Shown one piece after another: positions 10,888 to 22,814 of a stretch of 64,000 bases of DNA. The position numbers and the translations under genes were made by a program. The notes under the pieces were generated by a model. That model was not told the origin of the DNA. It ran no database searches and saw only the letters and a program-made list of their open reading frames with translations. Origin of the DNA: an uncultured cyanobacterium (GTDB taxonomy: Bacteria > Cyanobacteriota > Cyanobacteriia > Cyanobacteriales > Microcystaceae); NCBI GenBank assembly GCA_963807635.1, contig CAWEDJ010000022.1, forward strand, positions 17,877-81,876. Direction: 5' to 3'. The first letter of the stretch is position 1; each line of letters opens with the position of its first letter.

Positions 10888-12218
10888 ATGTCTGCTCTCA
10901 TTGGCCCGAAAACTAATCCCCTTGTACAATTAATCCAATGGTTAAGAGATCCGTTGGACTATATGGAACGCAATAGTCAGGCTTTTGGGGACGTTTTTAA
11001 GAGCTATTTTACGGGAAAACCCTGTGTAATGGTAAGTAGTCCCCAGGGTTTGCAAGAAATTTTAACGACTCCCGCCTTTACTGCCCCAGGGACATTGAAT
11101 GAAGTCGCTCGTCCTTTGTTGGGGCCTAATTCTTTGATCTTACTTAGCGATCCCGAACATAACAGTCGTCGCAAGTTATTAATGCCAACTTTTCATGGTG
11201 ATCGCCTGTTTAGTTATGGACAAATCATCCAAGAAATAACCGAAAAAGTTATAGAAAATTGGAAACTTGGCGATCCCTTTGATGTCCGCGAATCCATGCA
11301 GGAAATAACCCTAAGAGTCATTTTAAAAGCCGTATTTGGTCTCCAAGAAGGCGATCGCCTAGAGACATTAAAAAGAGCTTTAGTCAAACGATTTGAAATG
11401 ACCGCAACAGGGTTAGGTTCAACCTTTATATTTTTGCCTTTTTTGCGAAAAGATTGGGGACAATGGAGTCCCTGGGTCGTATTATGTCTCAGCAAAGAAG
11501 TTGCGATGAATTGATCTATGCGGAAATCCGCGATCGGCGTGCCAATCCCGATCCTAACCGCATTGATATTTTAAACCTCTTATTAACCGCAACAGATGAA
11601 GCAGGAGAAAACCTGACCGATGAGGAATTGCGAGATGAATTGATGACGCTCCTCTTTGCTGGCCATGAAACAACGGCTACGGCATTAAGTTGGGCATTGT
11701 ATCTCATTCATCAACACCCTGACGTATATCAAAAGTTGACGGAAGAATTAACCAGTCTTGGCTCTTCCCCTGATCCGATTACGATCTTTAAATTGCCCTA
11801 TCTTACTGCGGTTTGTAATGAAACCTTGCGACTCTATCCTGTGGGAATGCTGACTTTCTGCCGATTAGCGAAAGAACCCGTCTCTCTGCTGGGATACGAC
11901 CTCGAAGCGGAATCCGTTGTCGTTGGCTCTATTTATCTCACCCATCGTCGTCCCGATATTTATCCCGAACCTGAACAGTTTAAACCCGATCGCTTTTTAA
12001 ATCGTCAATTTTCTCCTTATGAATTTATTCCTTTTGGGGCGGGAAGTCGTCGTTGTATCGGTGTTGCTCTGGCCCAATTTGAGATGAAGTTAGTATTGGC
12101 CACCGTCCTTTCTCAAGTGAAGTTACAACACCACAGTCCGACCCGTCCCCTCAAACCCCAGCGTCGCGGAGCCTTACTAGCGATGGAATCGGGTTTTACA
12201 ATGGTTAGAATGACTTGA
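10888..12218 (+). CDS. Cytochrome P450 (CYP110-like); frameshift ~11475
   Basis: AGHETTA I-helix, ETLRLYP (ExxR), PDRF, FGAGSRRCIG heme motif. Confidence 0.93.
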
Positions 12219-12259
12219 ATTTGACTGCAATACAATGGAGGGTTTGAAAAATTGCTAAC

Positions 12260-13879
12260 TTAAACGCAAATCGCGCAGGTCACTAAACGCAAACCGTATT
12301 CAATGCCCTCCACAACCGCCTGATAGGAGGCATCCAAAATATTGCCCGAAACGCCGATTGTCGTCCATCGTTCCTTCCCGTTACTGGATTCAACCAAGGT
12401 GCGGGTTTTAGCTGAAGTGCCAGAGCCACTATCCAAAATTCTCACCTTGTAATCCGTGAGATGAAAATCCGCAATTTGGGGATAAAAACGGACAAGAGCT
12501 TTTCGTAAAGCCCGATCCAAGGCAGAAACAGGGCCATTTCCTTCAGCGACCTCTAAAATATCTTCGTTATTGACTGTGACTTTAATCGTCGCGATCGCGT
12601 TGCTGTAGGGAAGGATCTCGGCCTGCAAGAGATTGCAATGCACCTGAAAACCCTTGATCAAAAAGAGGGGCTGACGTTTTCCCATTGCCTCGTGCATTAA
12701 TAATTCAAAACTGGCCTCTGCCGCCTCAAACTGATAACCTTCCTGTTCTAAAATCTTTAATTTATCTAGAATTTGCCGACATGCAGGATCTTCTTTACTG
12801 AGCTTCAGCCCGTAGAGTTGAGCTTTCGAGAGAATATTACTCAAACCCGCCTGTTCTGACACCACAATACGCCGTTTATTGCCGATCGCTTCGGGTTGAA
12901 TATGTTCATAGGTGAGGGGATTGCGTTGCACCGCAGAAACATGAATTCCCCCCTTATGGGCAAAGGCAGAACGACCAATAAAGGGCGCGTGGTCATCGGG
13001 CGCGAGATTGACAATTTCGCTGATCAATCGACTTGTATCCGTCAATTGGGTTAATTTTTCGGGTTCTAGGCAATTATAGCCCATTTTTAGTTGTAAATTA
13101 GGGATGATTGTGCAGAGATTGGCATTACCACACCGTTCTCCATAACCGTTGATCGTTCCCTGGATCATCCTGACCCCTTCTAACACCGCACTGAGGGAAT
13201 TAGCCACCGCCGTTCCTCCGTCATTGTGGGCATGAATCCCTAGTTGAATTTTGGGTAAAGTTTGATCTGTGTCCCATTCCTTGATGGTTTCCCCTACTTC
13301 TCGAACCGTTTGGCTAATTTCCTGGGGAAGGGTTCCGCCATTGGTATCACAAAAAACGAGCCATTCTGCCCCCGCTTCTTTTGCCGTTTTTAGGGTTAAA
13401 AGGGCATATTCGGGATTGTGTTTATAACCATCAAACCAATGTTCCGCATCATAGATCACCCGTCGGCCCTGACTCCGTAGGTAGGCGATCGTATCCGAAA
13501 TCATGGCTAAATTTTCTTCTAGGGTCGTTTTTAAGCCTTCAATGACGTGCAGATCCCAGGATTTCCCAAAAATCGTGACCCAACGAGTTCCTGCTGACAG
13601 AATTGCTTGAAGCATTCGGTCTTCTTCAGCTTTGCGATTAGGGCGACGAGTGGAACAAAAAGCCACCACTTCGGCTTGGGTGAGGGGTTGTTCCTGTAAT
13701 TGCCAAAAAAATTGTACGTCCTTGGGATTCGCGCCTGGCCAACCCCCTTCAATAAAAGGAATTCCCATTTGGTCGAGTTTGCGGGCAATTTTTAATTTGT
13801 CTTCCAAGGACAGGGATATGCCTTCGCGTTGTGCGCCATCTCGGAGGGTAGTGTCATACAGCCAAATGGGGTTGGTCAT
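12260..13879 (-). CDS. cimA: Citramalate synthase (LeuA/CimA family)
   Basis: DTTLRDGAQ, DAEHWFDGY, GIHAHND, GYGERCGNANL, C-terminal allosteric domain. Confidence 0.9.
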   Translation of the reverse strand: MTNPIWLYDTTLRDGAQREGISLSLEDKLKIARKLDQMGIPFIEGGWPGANPKDVQFFWQLQEQPLTQAEVVAFCSTRRPNRKAEEDRMLQAILSAGTRWVTIFGKSWDLHVIEGLKTTLEENLAMISDTIAYLRSQGRRVIYDAEHWFDGYKHNPEYALLTLKTAKEAGAEWLVFCDTNGGTLPQEISQTVREVGETIKEWDTDQTLPKIQLGIHAHNDGGTAVANSLSAVLEGVRMIQGTINGYGERCGNANLCTIIPNLQLKMGYNCLEPEKLTQLTDTSRLISEIVNLAPDDHAPFIGRSAFAHKGGIHVSAVQRNPLTYEHIQPEAIGNKRRIVVSEQAGLSNILSKAQLYGLKLSKEDPACRQILDKLKILEQEGYQFEAAEASFELLMHEAMGKRQPLFLIKGFQVHCNLLQAEILPYSNAIATIKVTVNNEDILEVAEGNGPVSALDRALRKALVRFYPQIADFHLTDYKVRILDSGSGTSAKTRTLVESSNGKERWTTIGVSGNILDASYQAVVEGIEYGLRLVTCAICV

Positions 13880-13993
13880 GGAGGTGTAAGGTTACGTTTA
13901 AATTGCGCTTAAATTGCGTTGAGATAAAATTTTCAGCGATTCGGTTAGCGTTCGATTTTTGCTAATGCAGACTTAAAACCGCGCCTAAATTGA

Positions 13994-14130
13994 AACCCTT
14001 AGTTTTGAAGCTCGCCCCCTAAATCCCCCAATTCTGGGGGACTTTGAACTCAGAAAGGTTATAAACTCTCCCCCCAAAGTTGGGGGGCTGGGGGGGCAAA
14101 AAACTTTAGTTCTCAAACTAGAGGGGGTTT
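13994..14130. repeat. Composite C/G-rich palindromic repeat (MITE/REP-like)
   Basis: CCCCCTAAATCCCCCAATTCTGGGGGACTT...CCCCCAAAGTTGGGGGGCTGGGGGG inside an imperfect outer inverted repeat; related copy at 45566-45638. Confidence 0.75.
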
Positions 14131-14208
14131 AGGATGGATTTTTTAATCGCGATCGCCATTTTTAGGATAATCTAAAACACTGGAATTATTCGTAATCTTT
14201 GATGCGAT

Positions 14209-15916
14209 TTAACCTAAATGATCCCGACTCTCAAAGGCCGCGATCGCTTCGTGAATAGTGAGATAAATATGGTCAGGCCCAAGGCGATCAACTAAGCCTG
14301 ATTTTCTTAATTGGGCATAGAGTTCCTGCTTTACCTTAGCTAAACCGAAAATAATCCCTTTTTTTGCTAATTCTTGACGTAATTCTTCCAAGATATCGGC
14401 GGCAGTAATATCAATTTCAATAATGGCTTCTGTGTTCAAAATAAACCACTGGACAGGATCGGTTTCTGAGGCGATCGCCTGTAAAGCCCGATTTTTAAAA
14501 TTTTCGGCATTCGCAAAAAATAAAGGGGCATCGTAACGATAAAGCACTAGACCAGGAATCGTTTTTGCATTTTGCCAATCATTAATGGTATGAAATCCAG
14601 GCAGATTCGGCACTTCTCCCAAAACTCCCGCGTGGGGACGGGCAACACGGGCAAAAAGCTCCATTCCCGACAAAGCCACCGCGATCGCAACTCCTCGTAA
14701 AATATCTGTCCCCAATACGCCAACGGTGGTAATGATCGCCAACATAAACTCACTACGCTTAAAAGATTGCAACCGCCGAAATTCCGACAGTCGAATGAGC
14801 TTCAATGCCGCATAAATGACGATCGCCCCCAAAGCCGCCTTGGGAAAAAGAGCCAATAAGGGCCGCAGAAATAACAACACTAAAACGACACAGAAGCCTG
14901 CAACTAAGGAATAAACCTGGGTTTTACTGCCCAACGAATCGGCGATCGCGGTGCGGCTCCCACTACTACTGACGGGAAAACCCTGCAAAAAACCTGTTCC
15001 TAAATTGCAAAATCCCAAGGCCAGCAACTCCTGATTCGCATTAATTTTATGACTATGATTGATTGCAAAGGCTCGTCCCGTTAGCACATTATCGGAATAA
15101 CCTACGATCGCAATCCCTAAGGCGGACCCTCAGCAACGAAGTAATATTTTTAAACGTTATTCCCTGAAAGCTCACAAAATCAGGTAATCCTGAAGGAATT
15201 TCTCCCACAATCACTACTCCATAGCGTTCCAAATGGAAAATCGCTACCATCATCGTCGCGAGTAATACGGCCAAGAGGGGAGCAGGAGCATTGGGAAAAT
15301 AGTGTTGGACTAGTAATAAAAAGGTTAAAACCCCGATTCCCATGCCAAACGTTAGCCAGTGAATGTGATCAAAACCGTAAAAAAATCCCTGAAATTCTCC
15401 TAAAACGGTTTCTGATTCAATCTTGATGCCGCTAATTTTGTCTAGCTGTCCTGAAATCATAATAATGGCGACTCCCGCCATATAACCCACCAGGATCGGT
15501 TTCGAGAGTAAATCTGCCAAAAAGCCTAATCTTGCCCAGTAGCCAATGAGACAAATAACCCCGACTAAAACTGCCAATAAACTGGTGTAGAGCGGATAAC
15601 TGGCATTACTACGGGCCACTAAAGGCGCGATCGCAACGGCGGTCATTACAGCAGTCGTAGATTCAGGGCCGACAGAAAGTTGAAGAGACGACCCAAAAAG
15701 AGCATAAATCAGCATAGAGGGTAAAATTCCCCACAAACCCGCTACAGGCTGAACTCCTGCTAATTCTCCATAGGCCATACATTGGGGGATGAGATAGGCC
15801 GCAACGGTTATTCCTGCTAATCCATCATTGCGTAACCAAGCGGATTGATAGGCTCGTAAAGGATGAATACCAGGCAAAAAAGAAGTTAAATACGTTAAAA
15901 AAGGTTTTATTTTCAC
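14209..15916 (-). CDS. SulP/SLC26 anion transporter with STAS domain; frameshift ~15120
   Basis: AGITVAAYLIPQCMAY, VGPES, NQELLALG, SSSGSRT, YRYDAPLFFANAE. Confidence 0.92.
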
Positions 15917-15958
15917 GGATAGAATAAATCGAATTAGTTTATAACAAAAAACAAAATG

Positions 15959-16039
15959 GTAGGGACATAATATATTGTGTCATTAAATGTTTTGTGATGA
16001 AAAACAGTTGAAAAAAGGGCGAACGCAATTCGCCCCTAC
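15959..16039. repeat. Inverted doublet of GTAG-type REP palindromes
   Basis: GTAGGGACATAATATATTGTGTC (15959-15981) facing GGGCGAACGCAATTCGCCCCTAC (16017-16039). Confidence 0.65.
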
Positions 16040-16114
16040 GAATATTTTGTGAAATGCTGACTCCGCAAATAACAATTTTAGTTATTTATCTAAATGCCCA
16101 TTATTTTAAAATTT

Positions 16115-18457
16115 TCAACGAGATTTAGTCAAAAAATGTAAGGATTTTTCCCGTTCCATACTCCGAATTAAAGCATTCAATTGTTTTTGTAAATACTCAA
16201 GATTAGGAGTCTGTTCTCCATATCGCCAACTCACATAGGCCAAAGAAATTTCTTCGATAATTTCTAATCGTTCTGTCGATAATTTTTCCCGTAAAGAGTC
16301 CAGATATTCCATCGGCGTTTGGGCAAAGTTTTTCGGATAACCCTGGTTTTTGAGTAATTTTAATAATTGTTGATAAAGCCGAGACATGGGCGGTAATTTA
16401 GCCAATCGACGACGATAGAGCCAATTTTTTAGCTGTTGCCAACCGAGCCAGCCTAAAAATCCTGCCGCGATCGCACCGATTAAACCTAATAACGCTCCCA
16501 GTAAACTGCCTGAAATAAAACGCCAGAGCCAACCCAAAAAGCCAAAGAAAGCCTGGAGTACATTAGTAAAAAACAAACTGAAAAAATTCGTCACAGGGGA
16601 AGGCAACCATCCCGCTACCCAATTCCAAAGTTGTTTTAAGACCCCAAAGTTTCCTTCATCTTCAAAGGACGGGGGAAATAAGTCGTGGCCAGGAACGGGA
16701 TCAAAAGCAAACCAACCATAACGGGGGAAATAAACCTCTGTCAAAACGTAGGCATCCGTATTTCGCACTAAATAGTATCCCGTAAAAGGATTAAATTGAC
16801 CTGGGGCAAAACCCGCCGTTAAACGGGACGCAATACCGATGGAGCGCAACATCACGGTTAAGACTGTTGAAAAATGGTCGGGATAGCCGCCTTGATATTT
16901 GAATAAAAAGGCTTCGACTAAATCATCTTCTTTGTCAAAATAGGGCAAATCCGTACGGACAGTGTAATTTTGCTTGAGGGATTGGGTTAAAAATAAAGCC
17001 GCTTCATAGACTGAGTGAATGGGCTGGGGCGATTTAGAGAGTAATTCAATGGCTTTTTTACGAACTTTATCGTTAATTTCAGGGGGAATTTGTAAAAAAC
17101 GTTTTTTGATTCCCTCGCTATATTGGTAGGGAGCTTGACGCAATGCAGTGCGATCGCGGTAAGGGACTTCAGAAATCACTGTATAGGTCAGACCCTCTAC
17201 CAATCCCACAGGCGATCGCAGACTATTATTTTGATCTAAACCAATTTCTTTCGTTGGAAAATAAATCGACTTAGGGACAGCTAAATTGGGAATCACATTC
17301 GGCAACTCTTTAACCACTGTATAGGTCTGGATAATTCGTTTACTTTCCCCAAAGCCAGAATTAGGAAACAAATCAAATCGGTACGACCAGGGCGATCGCC
17401 GAACCGTCTCAATATTTTGATCCCCGCTAATCTCCCAACCTTGCCCTGTGTAGTGATCAAAGGAGAGGGCTTGCCAAAATCCAGGAGCCTGGGAACGAAT
17501 CCGCAACACGACTTGGGGTTTCATGGTTCCCCGCAAATTTTGATTCATTTTACTATTAAAGCCGTAGTAAAACGTATCATCCATTAAACCTGCTCCACGT
17601 GTTGGACTATTTCCCCCTTGTCCCTTACCTCCCTTGCCTTCCTTACCTTCCTTGACGTAGCCAGGATTAATTAAATCCTTATTTTTATTGTCAAATTGTC
17701 TGTCTTTGATATCAGTCGGGCCGCCAACGGGAAAGCTCTGGAGTTGATAACTGGGAAAACGGGGCATAATGGCAAAGAAGACCAGTCCCAACGCGAGGGT
17801 GATCCCCAAAATAACGATTAATCGTTTGGGATAAAGGGTTTGATAACATACTTTTTGACTTTTTTCTTTGTTTTTTTTACCTGAAAACCAGGGAATTTCC
17901 TGATCAATTCTTTCTAATCCCAAACGAGAGCGATAGTCTAATACCAAGGCAGGTAACGCAATCGCCAAAAAGAGAAGTAACCAGGGCGCAAAGACCATGG
18001 TTTGGGAAACCGTTCCCGCAACCCCTAGCAAAATTAGACCAATCACCATTGAATAGCCCAAATCCTTACGGCGGGGCAAATCAAAACTATGAACGACCTG
18101 CAACTGTACCAACAATCCTGCGAGGGTCGTGCGACTATCGTTTAAATTCTCGACGAGATTACTCAAGAAAAGAAAGAGAACCCCCAACATCGCGATCGCC
18201 AGCAAGAATTTGAGGGTAATGTTGCGATAGCTCCGACGATACCAACTAAAAACAGCCCCAATAATACTGAGGGGAACGGCCCAAAGACTCCAATCCGTTT
18301 GGGCGGCAACATCGGTCGCAATAATCCCGACAATGACTAAGGCTTGGACTAAAATCCGAAAAACAATGGATTCCTCAGTTTTAGGGGCGGGAAGTGCTTC
18401 TATGCGCTGTTGTACCTGCTCAAACCAACTGGATTTAGGGGAAGCGGTATTTGTCAT
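16115..18457 (-). CDS. Membrane transglutaminase-like protein (DUF3488-TGase-DUF4129, TgpA-like)
   Basis: Multi-TM N-terminus, VMLRSIGIASRLTAGFAPG, EVYFPRYGWFAFDP; catalytic Cys position reads GYPDHF. Confidence 0.85.
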   Translation of the reverse strand: MTNTASPKSSWFEQVQQRIEALPAPKTEESIVFRILVQALVIVGIIATDVAAQTDWSLWAVPLSIIGAVFSWYRRSYRNITLKFLLAIAMLGVLFLFLSNLVENLNDSRTTLAGLLVQLQVVHSFDLPRRKDLGYSMVIGLILLGVAGTVSQTMVFAPWLLLFLAIALPALVLDYRSRLGLERIDQEIPWFSGKKNKEKSQKVCYQTLYPKRLIVILGITLALGLVFFAIMPRFPSYQLQSFPVGGPTDIKDRQFDNKNKDLINPGYVKEGKEGKGGKGQGGNSPTRGAGLMDDTFYYGFNSKMNQNLRGTMKPQVVLRIRSQAPGFWQALSFDHYTGQGWEISGDQNIETVRRSPWSYRFDLFPNSGFGESKRIIQTYTVVKELPNVIPNLAVPKSIYFPTKEIGLDQNNSLRSPVGLVEGLTYTVISEVPYRDRTALRQAPYQYSEGIKKRFLQIPPEINDKVRKKAIELLSKSPQPIHSVYEAALFLTQSLKQNYTVRTDLPYFDKEDDLVEAFLFKYQGGYPDHFSTVLTVMLRSIGIASRLTAGFAPGQFNPFTGYYLVRNTDAYVLTEVYFPRYGWFAFDPVPGHDLFPPSFEDEGNFGVLKQLWNWVAGWLPSPVTNFFSLFFTNVLQAFFGFLGWLWRFISGSLLGALLGLIGAIAAGFLGWLGWQQLKNWLYRRRLAKLPPMSRLYQQLLKLLKNQGYPKNFAQTPMEYLDSLREKLSTERLEIIEEISLAYVSWRYGEQTPNLEYLQKQLNALIRSMEREKSLHFLTKSR

Positions 18458-18639
18458 TGGCTTTTGGGGAAAGAAGGGGAAAAGATCAGAAAAATCAGAC
18501 CTGTTTAATTTTATCCTTTTGCTTGGAAATAGGTTAAAGAATAATCCCTTGAATCAGGCTACACTAGGAAAGTCGGTCACAACAAAAACCGCAATACAAA
18601 ACCGAAATTCAAGAAAATTTAGCTGTAACTTTAACCATT

Positions 18640-19605
18640 GTGGAGATTACTTTTTTAGGAACGAGTTCTGGTGTGCCGACGCGATCGCGGAAATGTCTCC
18701 AGCATAGCCCTCAGACTCCCCCAACGGGCCGAAGTCTGGTTATTCGACTGTGGAGAAGGAACCCAACACCAACTTCTTCGTAGTCATGTCAAAAGTTCCC
18801 AACTTACCCGTATTTTTATCACCCATCTCCACGGGGATCATATTTTCGGTTTAATGGGACTGCTGCCAGTTGTGGACTCGCGGGGACGGGGCAAGATGTA
18901 AATATCTATGGGCCATCGGGCTTGGCGGACTATCTCAAAGCCTGTGCTAAATATTCCTACACCAATCTTTCCCAAGGCGTAAAAGTTCATACGATCCAGG
19001 AATCAGGATTGGTTTATGAAAACGAAGAATTTCAAGTCCACTGTGAGTTGCTAAAACATCGCGTTCCCGCCTACGGTTATCGTATTTCAGAAAAAGACCG
19101 CCCTGGTAGATTTAATGTGGAAAAGGCGATCGCGTTGGGTATTCCTTCTGGGCCGCTCTATGGCAAACTCAAACGGGGTGAAACGGTTACACTTCCCGAC
19201 GGTCAACGCATTCAGGGAACAGATTTGTGTGAACCCACTGAAACGGGTCGAAAATTTGCCTACTGCACTGATACGGTTTTTTGTGAATCGGCGATTAATT
19301 TGGCCCAGGACGTTGATGTTTTAATTCACGAAGCGACTTTTGCTCATCAAGATGCCCAATTAGCCTTTGATCGCCTGCATTCCACTTCAACCATGGCCGC
19401 CCAAGTTGCTCTAGCGGCTCAAAGCAAACAGTTGATCATGACCCACTTCAGCCCCCGCTATGCTCCAGGGAATGCTCTACAACTAGATAATTTACTCACA
19501 GAAGCTAGGGCGATTTTTCCGCAAACCATGCTGGCCTACGATTTTTTAACCTACGAAATTCCCCGCCGCCAATCGGTTGAATCTCCTAATCTCGTTTTAT
19601 CGTAA
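18640..19605 (+). CDS. rnz: Ribonuclease Z; frameshifts ~18690 and ~18868
   Basis: GTG start [41 protein letters not shown] exosite, HEAT, THFSPRY. Confidence 0.95.
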
Positions 19606-19685
19606 AGAAAAGTTTCAGCAGGAATAGGTGGCGATCGCCACTTGGAATAATGATTAGATAGACAGGATTAAATGTTTAAAAATTG

Positions 19686-20318
19686 CTAAGCCATACTTTG
19701 TGCCAATTCTCGACGAACAACCATCCTCAATTTACCCAATAGATCCGATTCTTCTAAAACGGGAATAAATCGGTGAATTGACCGCGTTTTTAAAGGGCTA
19801 ATTTGGTTAGCCGCCTCTATCCCAATGAAGTTTTCTGACTCCTCAACCGCAACAGGTTCACTAAAAATTCCCTCTAGTGGCTCATCCTCGGAAATAACAC
19901 TAGAAACTTGATTAAGAATGGGTTCCAACAACGGTGGTGGTGAGGGAAAACTAGGTAGGGAGAATTTTGGGGGAACTGATAAAACAATTTCATCGTCCTC
20001 CGATTTAACGGTCAAATCTAAGTCTGCTTTATAACTTTTCGGTAGATTATGGGTAATGAGTCGCTCAAACTCACTACTAAAGCGAAAACTAGGTTCTCCT
20101 CGCCGTGACCAAAAGTTAAGTAAATGTTCAACGGAAATAGCTTTGTAACGACCTTGATAGAGAGCCTCTACCACTGCCCACCGAATCCACAGAGGAGAAT
20201 AGCTCTTCAGCCACTCTTCGATCAATCCCTGGGGCGTTAACCCCCGCAGATCGAAACCGTAGCAGATCAACAGAGCAGAGGTTTCTATAATCTCGACATC
20301 TTCTTTTTGCTGTTCCAT
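19686..20318 (-). CDS. Conserved cyanobacterial hypothetical protein
   Basis: YGFDL...W...WIRWAVVEALYQGRYKAISVEHLL.FW.RRG motif. Confidence 0.75.
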   Translation of the reverse strand: MEQQKEDVEIIETSALLICYGFDLRGLTPQGLIEEWLKSYSPLWIRWAVVEALYQGRYKAISVEHLLNFWSRRGEPSFRFSSEFERLITHNLPKSYKADLDLTVKSEDDEIVLSVPPKFSLPSFPSPPPLLEPILNQVSSVISEDEPLEGIFSEPVAVEESENFIGIEAANQISPLKTRSIHRFIPVLEESDLLGKLRMVVRRELAQSMA

Positions 20319-20428
20319 AAAATATTAAAATCAGATTTTGTTCCTTAAGGAATCCATAATATCTTAAGATTGTTGGATTTGTTGTTAGTATAGACTGCAA
20401 TGGTGGAGTTTTCGTGAGGATTGAGACG

Positions 20429-20653
20429 ATGAAACGATTCGGCTTATTAACAACAACATTTTTATTTACCGTCAGTTTGGCAGTCTATTCTCGCAATTCC
20501 CCTGTGACCTTGACTTTTTTACGAAACCATACTGTGGCGTTGTTTTCCTCTTCCTCTACTTCAATGCAAACTGGATTTCAGCGATCGCTTAATAGGGTGT
20601 TCGAGAAGACTAAAAATAATCCTTTCTCCCGAATGACGAAGGAACCAGAGTAG
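20429..20653 (+). CDS. Small hypothetical protein
   Basis: Signal-like N-terminus MKRFGLLTTTFLF; weak support. Confidence 0.4.
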   Translation: MKRFGLLTTTFLFTVSLAVYSRNSPVTLTFLRNHTVALFSSSSTSMQTGFQRSLNRVFEKTKNNPFSRMTKEPE

Positions 20654-20704
20654 GGAAAATGATTGGTTGTGTTATAAAAACCTGAGATTTGAATCACGAG
20701 ATCG

Positions 20705-21154
20705 ATGAATTATTGGTTAATGAAATCTGAACCAGAGGTCTATAGTATAGACAATCTGAAAAAAGAGGGACAAACGCTCTGGGAAGGCGTGCGAAATTAT
20801 CAAGCTCGCAATTTTATGAGGACAATGGCGATCGGTGATTCGGTGTTTTTTTACCATTCCAACACCAAACCGCCTGGCATTGTCGGACTGATGGAAGTCA
20901 TCGAAAATAACGTCATTGATCCCACTCAATTTGATCCCCAGAGCGATTACTATGATCCCAAATCGTCTTCTGAAAATCCCCGTTGGCAGACCGTGAAGGT
21001 AAAGTTTGTTCGAGCGTTTCCCCAGATCATTTCTTTAGATAAGCTCAAAGAAACCTTTAGACCAGAAGAACTATTAGTCGTCAAAAAAGGGAATCGTTTA
21101 TCTGTAATCCCGATCGCAACTAATATTGCTGAAAAGATTTTGATATTGGTTTAA
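20705..21154 (+). CDS. EVE domain protein
   Basis: YWLMKSEP, WEGVRNYQARN, FFYHSN, DPTQFDP..YYDPKS, RLSV. Confidence 0.95.
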   Translation: MNYWLMKSEPEVYSIDNLKKEGQTLWEGVRNYQARNFMRTMAIGDSVFFYHSNTKPPGIVGLMEVIENNVIDPTQFDPQSDYYDPKSSSENPRWQTVKVKFVRAFPQIISLDKLKETFRPEELLVVKKGNRLSVIPIATNIAEKILILV

Positions 21155-21182
21155 ATACAGCATTTTTTGTTTTGATAAAGTT

Positions 21183-21210
21183 ATAGGGGTGAATAGATAT
21201 CAGCCCCTAC
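21183..21210. repeat. GTAG-type REP palindrome / bidirectional terminator
   Basis: ATAGGGGTGAATAGATATCAGCCCCTAC between convergent genes. Confidence 0.6.
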
Positions 21211-21275
21211 ACCATTGCGTTGTCACATGGCAATCTACTTTATTTGACAAAAAAACAATCTAAATCATCCAAATA

Positions 21276-21416
21276 TTAACCGACAACGTAGGCAACTTTT
21301 AATGCCCAAACGACTAGGGCAACAATGCCACCCAGGACGACGACAGAAGAAATAACGACGATCGCGGGTTTGTCGGCTCCATCGAATTTCATGATGCCAC
21401 GATTTAAGTCTGACAT
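21276..21416 (-). CDS. ndhQ: NDH-1L subunit Q (46 aa; not in the ORF track)
   Basis: Manual translation MSDLNRGIMKFDGADKPAIVVISSVVVLGGIVALVVWALKVAYVVG matches the NdhQ signature NRGIMKFDGAD plus one TM helix. Confidence 0.9.
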   Translation of the reverse strand: MSDLNRGIMKFDGADKPAIVVISSVVVLGGIVALVVWALKVAYVVG

Positions 21417-21626
21417 GGAAGCTTGGCTCCTTATTTCAGTATTTCAGTTTGAATCTTGCGATCGCGGAAGTGCGACCCCTAAATAGTCTATCGCTATCTG
21501 AAAAAAAATTAGGTTTTAATCTTTACTTTAAGTCTTAAGTTTATCTAAATTTATTGACATTCATGGCTCCCAGTCAGAAAAGCCAAGGGACTTTTGAGAG
21601 AAAATCGGCTATTTTTTTAGTAATCC

Positions 21627-22763
21627 TTAGAGATTGGCATTAATTCCTACGGCTTGGGAGATATGAGTCAAATTATGGTCTGTTAACCTATTTCCTAATC
21701 CTTGTAAAACGTCCTTGACCATCCAAGGGCCTTGGTAAATCCAGCCTGTATAAACTTGTAGTAAACTCGCTCCTGCGGTGATTTTTTCCCAGGCATCTTC
21801 CGCCGTAAAAATGCCCCCAATACCAATAATAGGAATACTACCCTGGGTTTGTTGATAAATAAAACGGATGATTTCCGTAGAACGTTGACGTAGGGGCATC
21901 CCACTCAGTCCTCCCGCTTCTTCTTGGATTTTATTGCCTGTTTTGGGTAGAATTTGCGTTTTTAATCCTTCTCGTTGAATCGTCGTATTAGTCGCCACAA
22001 TGCCTGATAGTTGATAGGTTTTGGCGAGATCAATGATCGTCCTAATCGCGACTTCATCTAGATCGGGAGAAATTTTAATGAGTAATCTTTTTTCTCCTTG
22101 ATTGACTGACTGTAACCCCTTCAGGATTTTTTTGAGTTCCTCCGATCCTTGCAGCGATCGCAATCCAGGCGTATTAGGCGAACTCACATTAATCACAAAA
22201 TAATCGGCTAGGTCTTTTAAATACTGAAAACTGCCGATATAATCTTCAGCGGCGGCTTCTAGGGGAGTAATCTTGGATTTAATCAGGTTTATGCCAATGG
22301 GAATCGAGCGACGATGATTATGCCAGGTTTCCTGCAAGGTTTTCGCCATCACCTCTGCGCCCAGATTATTCCCACCCAGACGATTTAAGACCGCTTGATC
22401 CAACGGCAAACGAAATAAACGCGGTTGGGGATTTCCTACTTGAGCATGAAGCGTTACGCCCCCTAGTTCAGCGAATCCGAATCCTAAATCGGGCCAAATC
22501 GCGGCGGCTTCTGCATCTTTATCACAGCCCGCAGATAATCCTAAAATATTGGGAAAATTTAACCCCCAAATGTCTTGGGAAAGTCTTTGATCGTTTTGGC
22601 AAAAAGAGTGCGCTAATTGATCCAGAATCCATTGTCCCCGACCCTCTCGACTGAGGCGATCAAAACCTTGGAGCGTCTTGATCATTTGGCGATGACCCCA
22701 TTCGGGATTGGATTGAGTGGCGGCTAAAACGAGGGGATAAAAAGGCTTGGCAAAGGTGAACAT
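21627..22763 (-). CDS. pyrD: Quinone-dependent dihydroorotate dehydrogenase
   Basis: [40 protein letters not shown]. Confidence 0.95.
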   Translation of the reverse strand: MFTFAKPFYPLVLAATQSNPEWGHRQMIKTLQGFDRLSREGRGQWILDQLAHSFCQNDQRLSQDIWGLNFPNILGLSAGCDKDAEAAAIWPDLGFGFAELGGVTLHAQVGNPQPRLFRLPLDQAVLNRLGGNNLGAEVMAKTLQETWHNHRRSIPIGINLIKSKITPLEAAAEDYIGSFQYLKDLADYFVINVSSPNTPGLRSLQGSEELKKILKGLQSVNQGEKRLLIKISPDLDEVAIRTIIDLAKTYQLSGIVATNTTIQREGLKTQILPKTGNKIQEEAGGLSGMPLRQRSTEIIRFIYQQTQGSIPIIGIGGIFTAEDAWEKITAGASLLQVYTGWIYQGPWMVKDVLQGLGNRLTDHNLTHISQAVGINANL

Positions 22764-22814
22764 TTTAAAAGTAGAAATTACGGCTTGTTCGATAAATGAA
22801 TGAGTAATAGATCT

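Noticed and set aside
16115..18457. Transglutaminase lacking the catalytic Cys as a novelty
   Set aside because: GYPDHF appears, from recollection, to be the usual cyanobacterial form; I cannot show it is unusual
18333..18707. Antisense or overlapping ORFs from the track (e.g. 18333-18707, 9182-9535, 60343-60795, 63109-63384, 47333-47554, 45551-45751)
   Set aside because: Shadows of real genes or repeats, with no recognisable motifs
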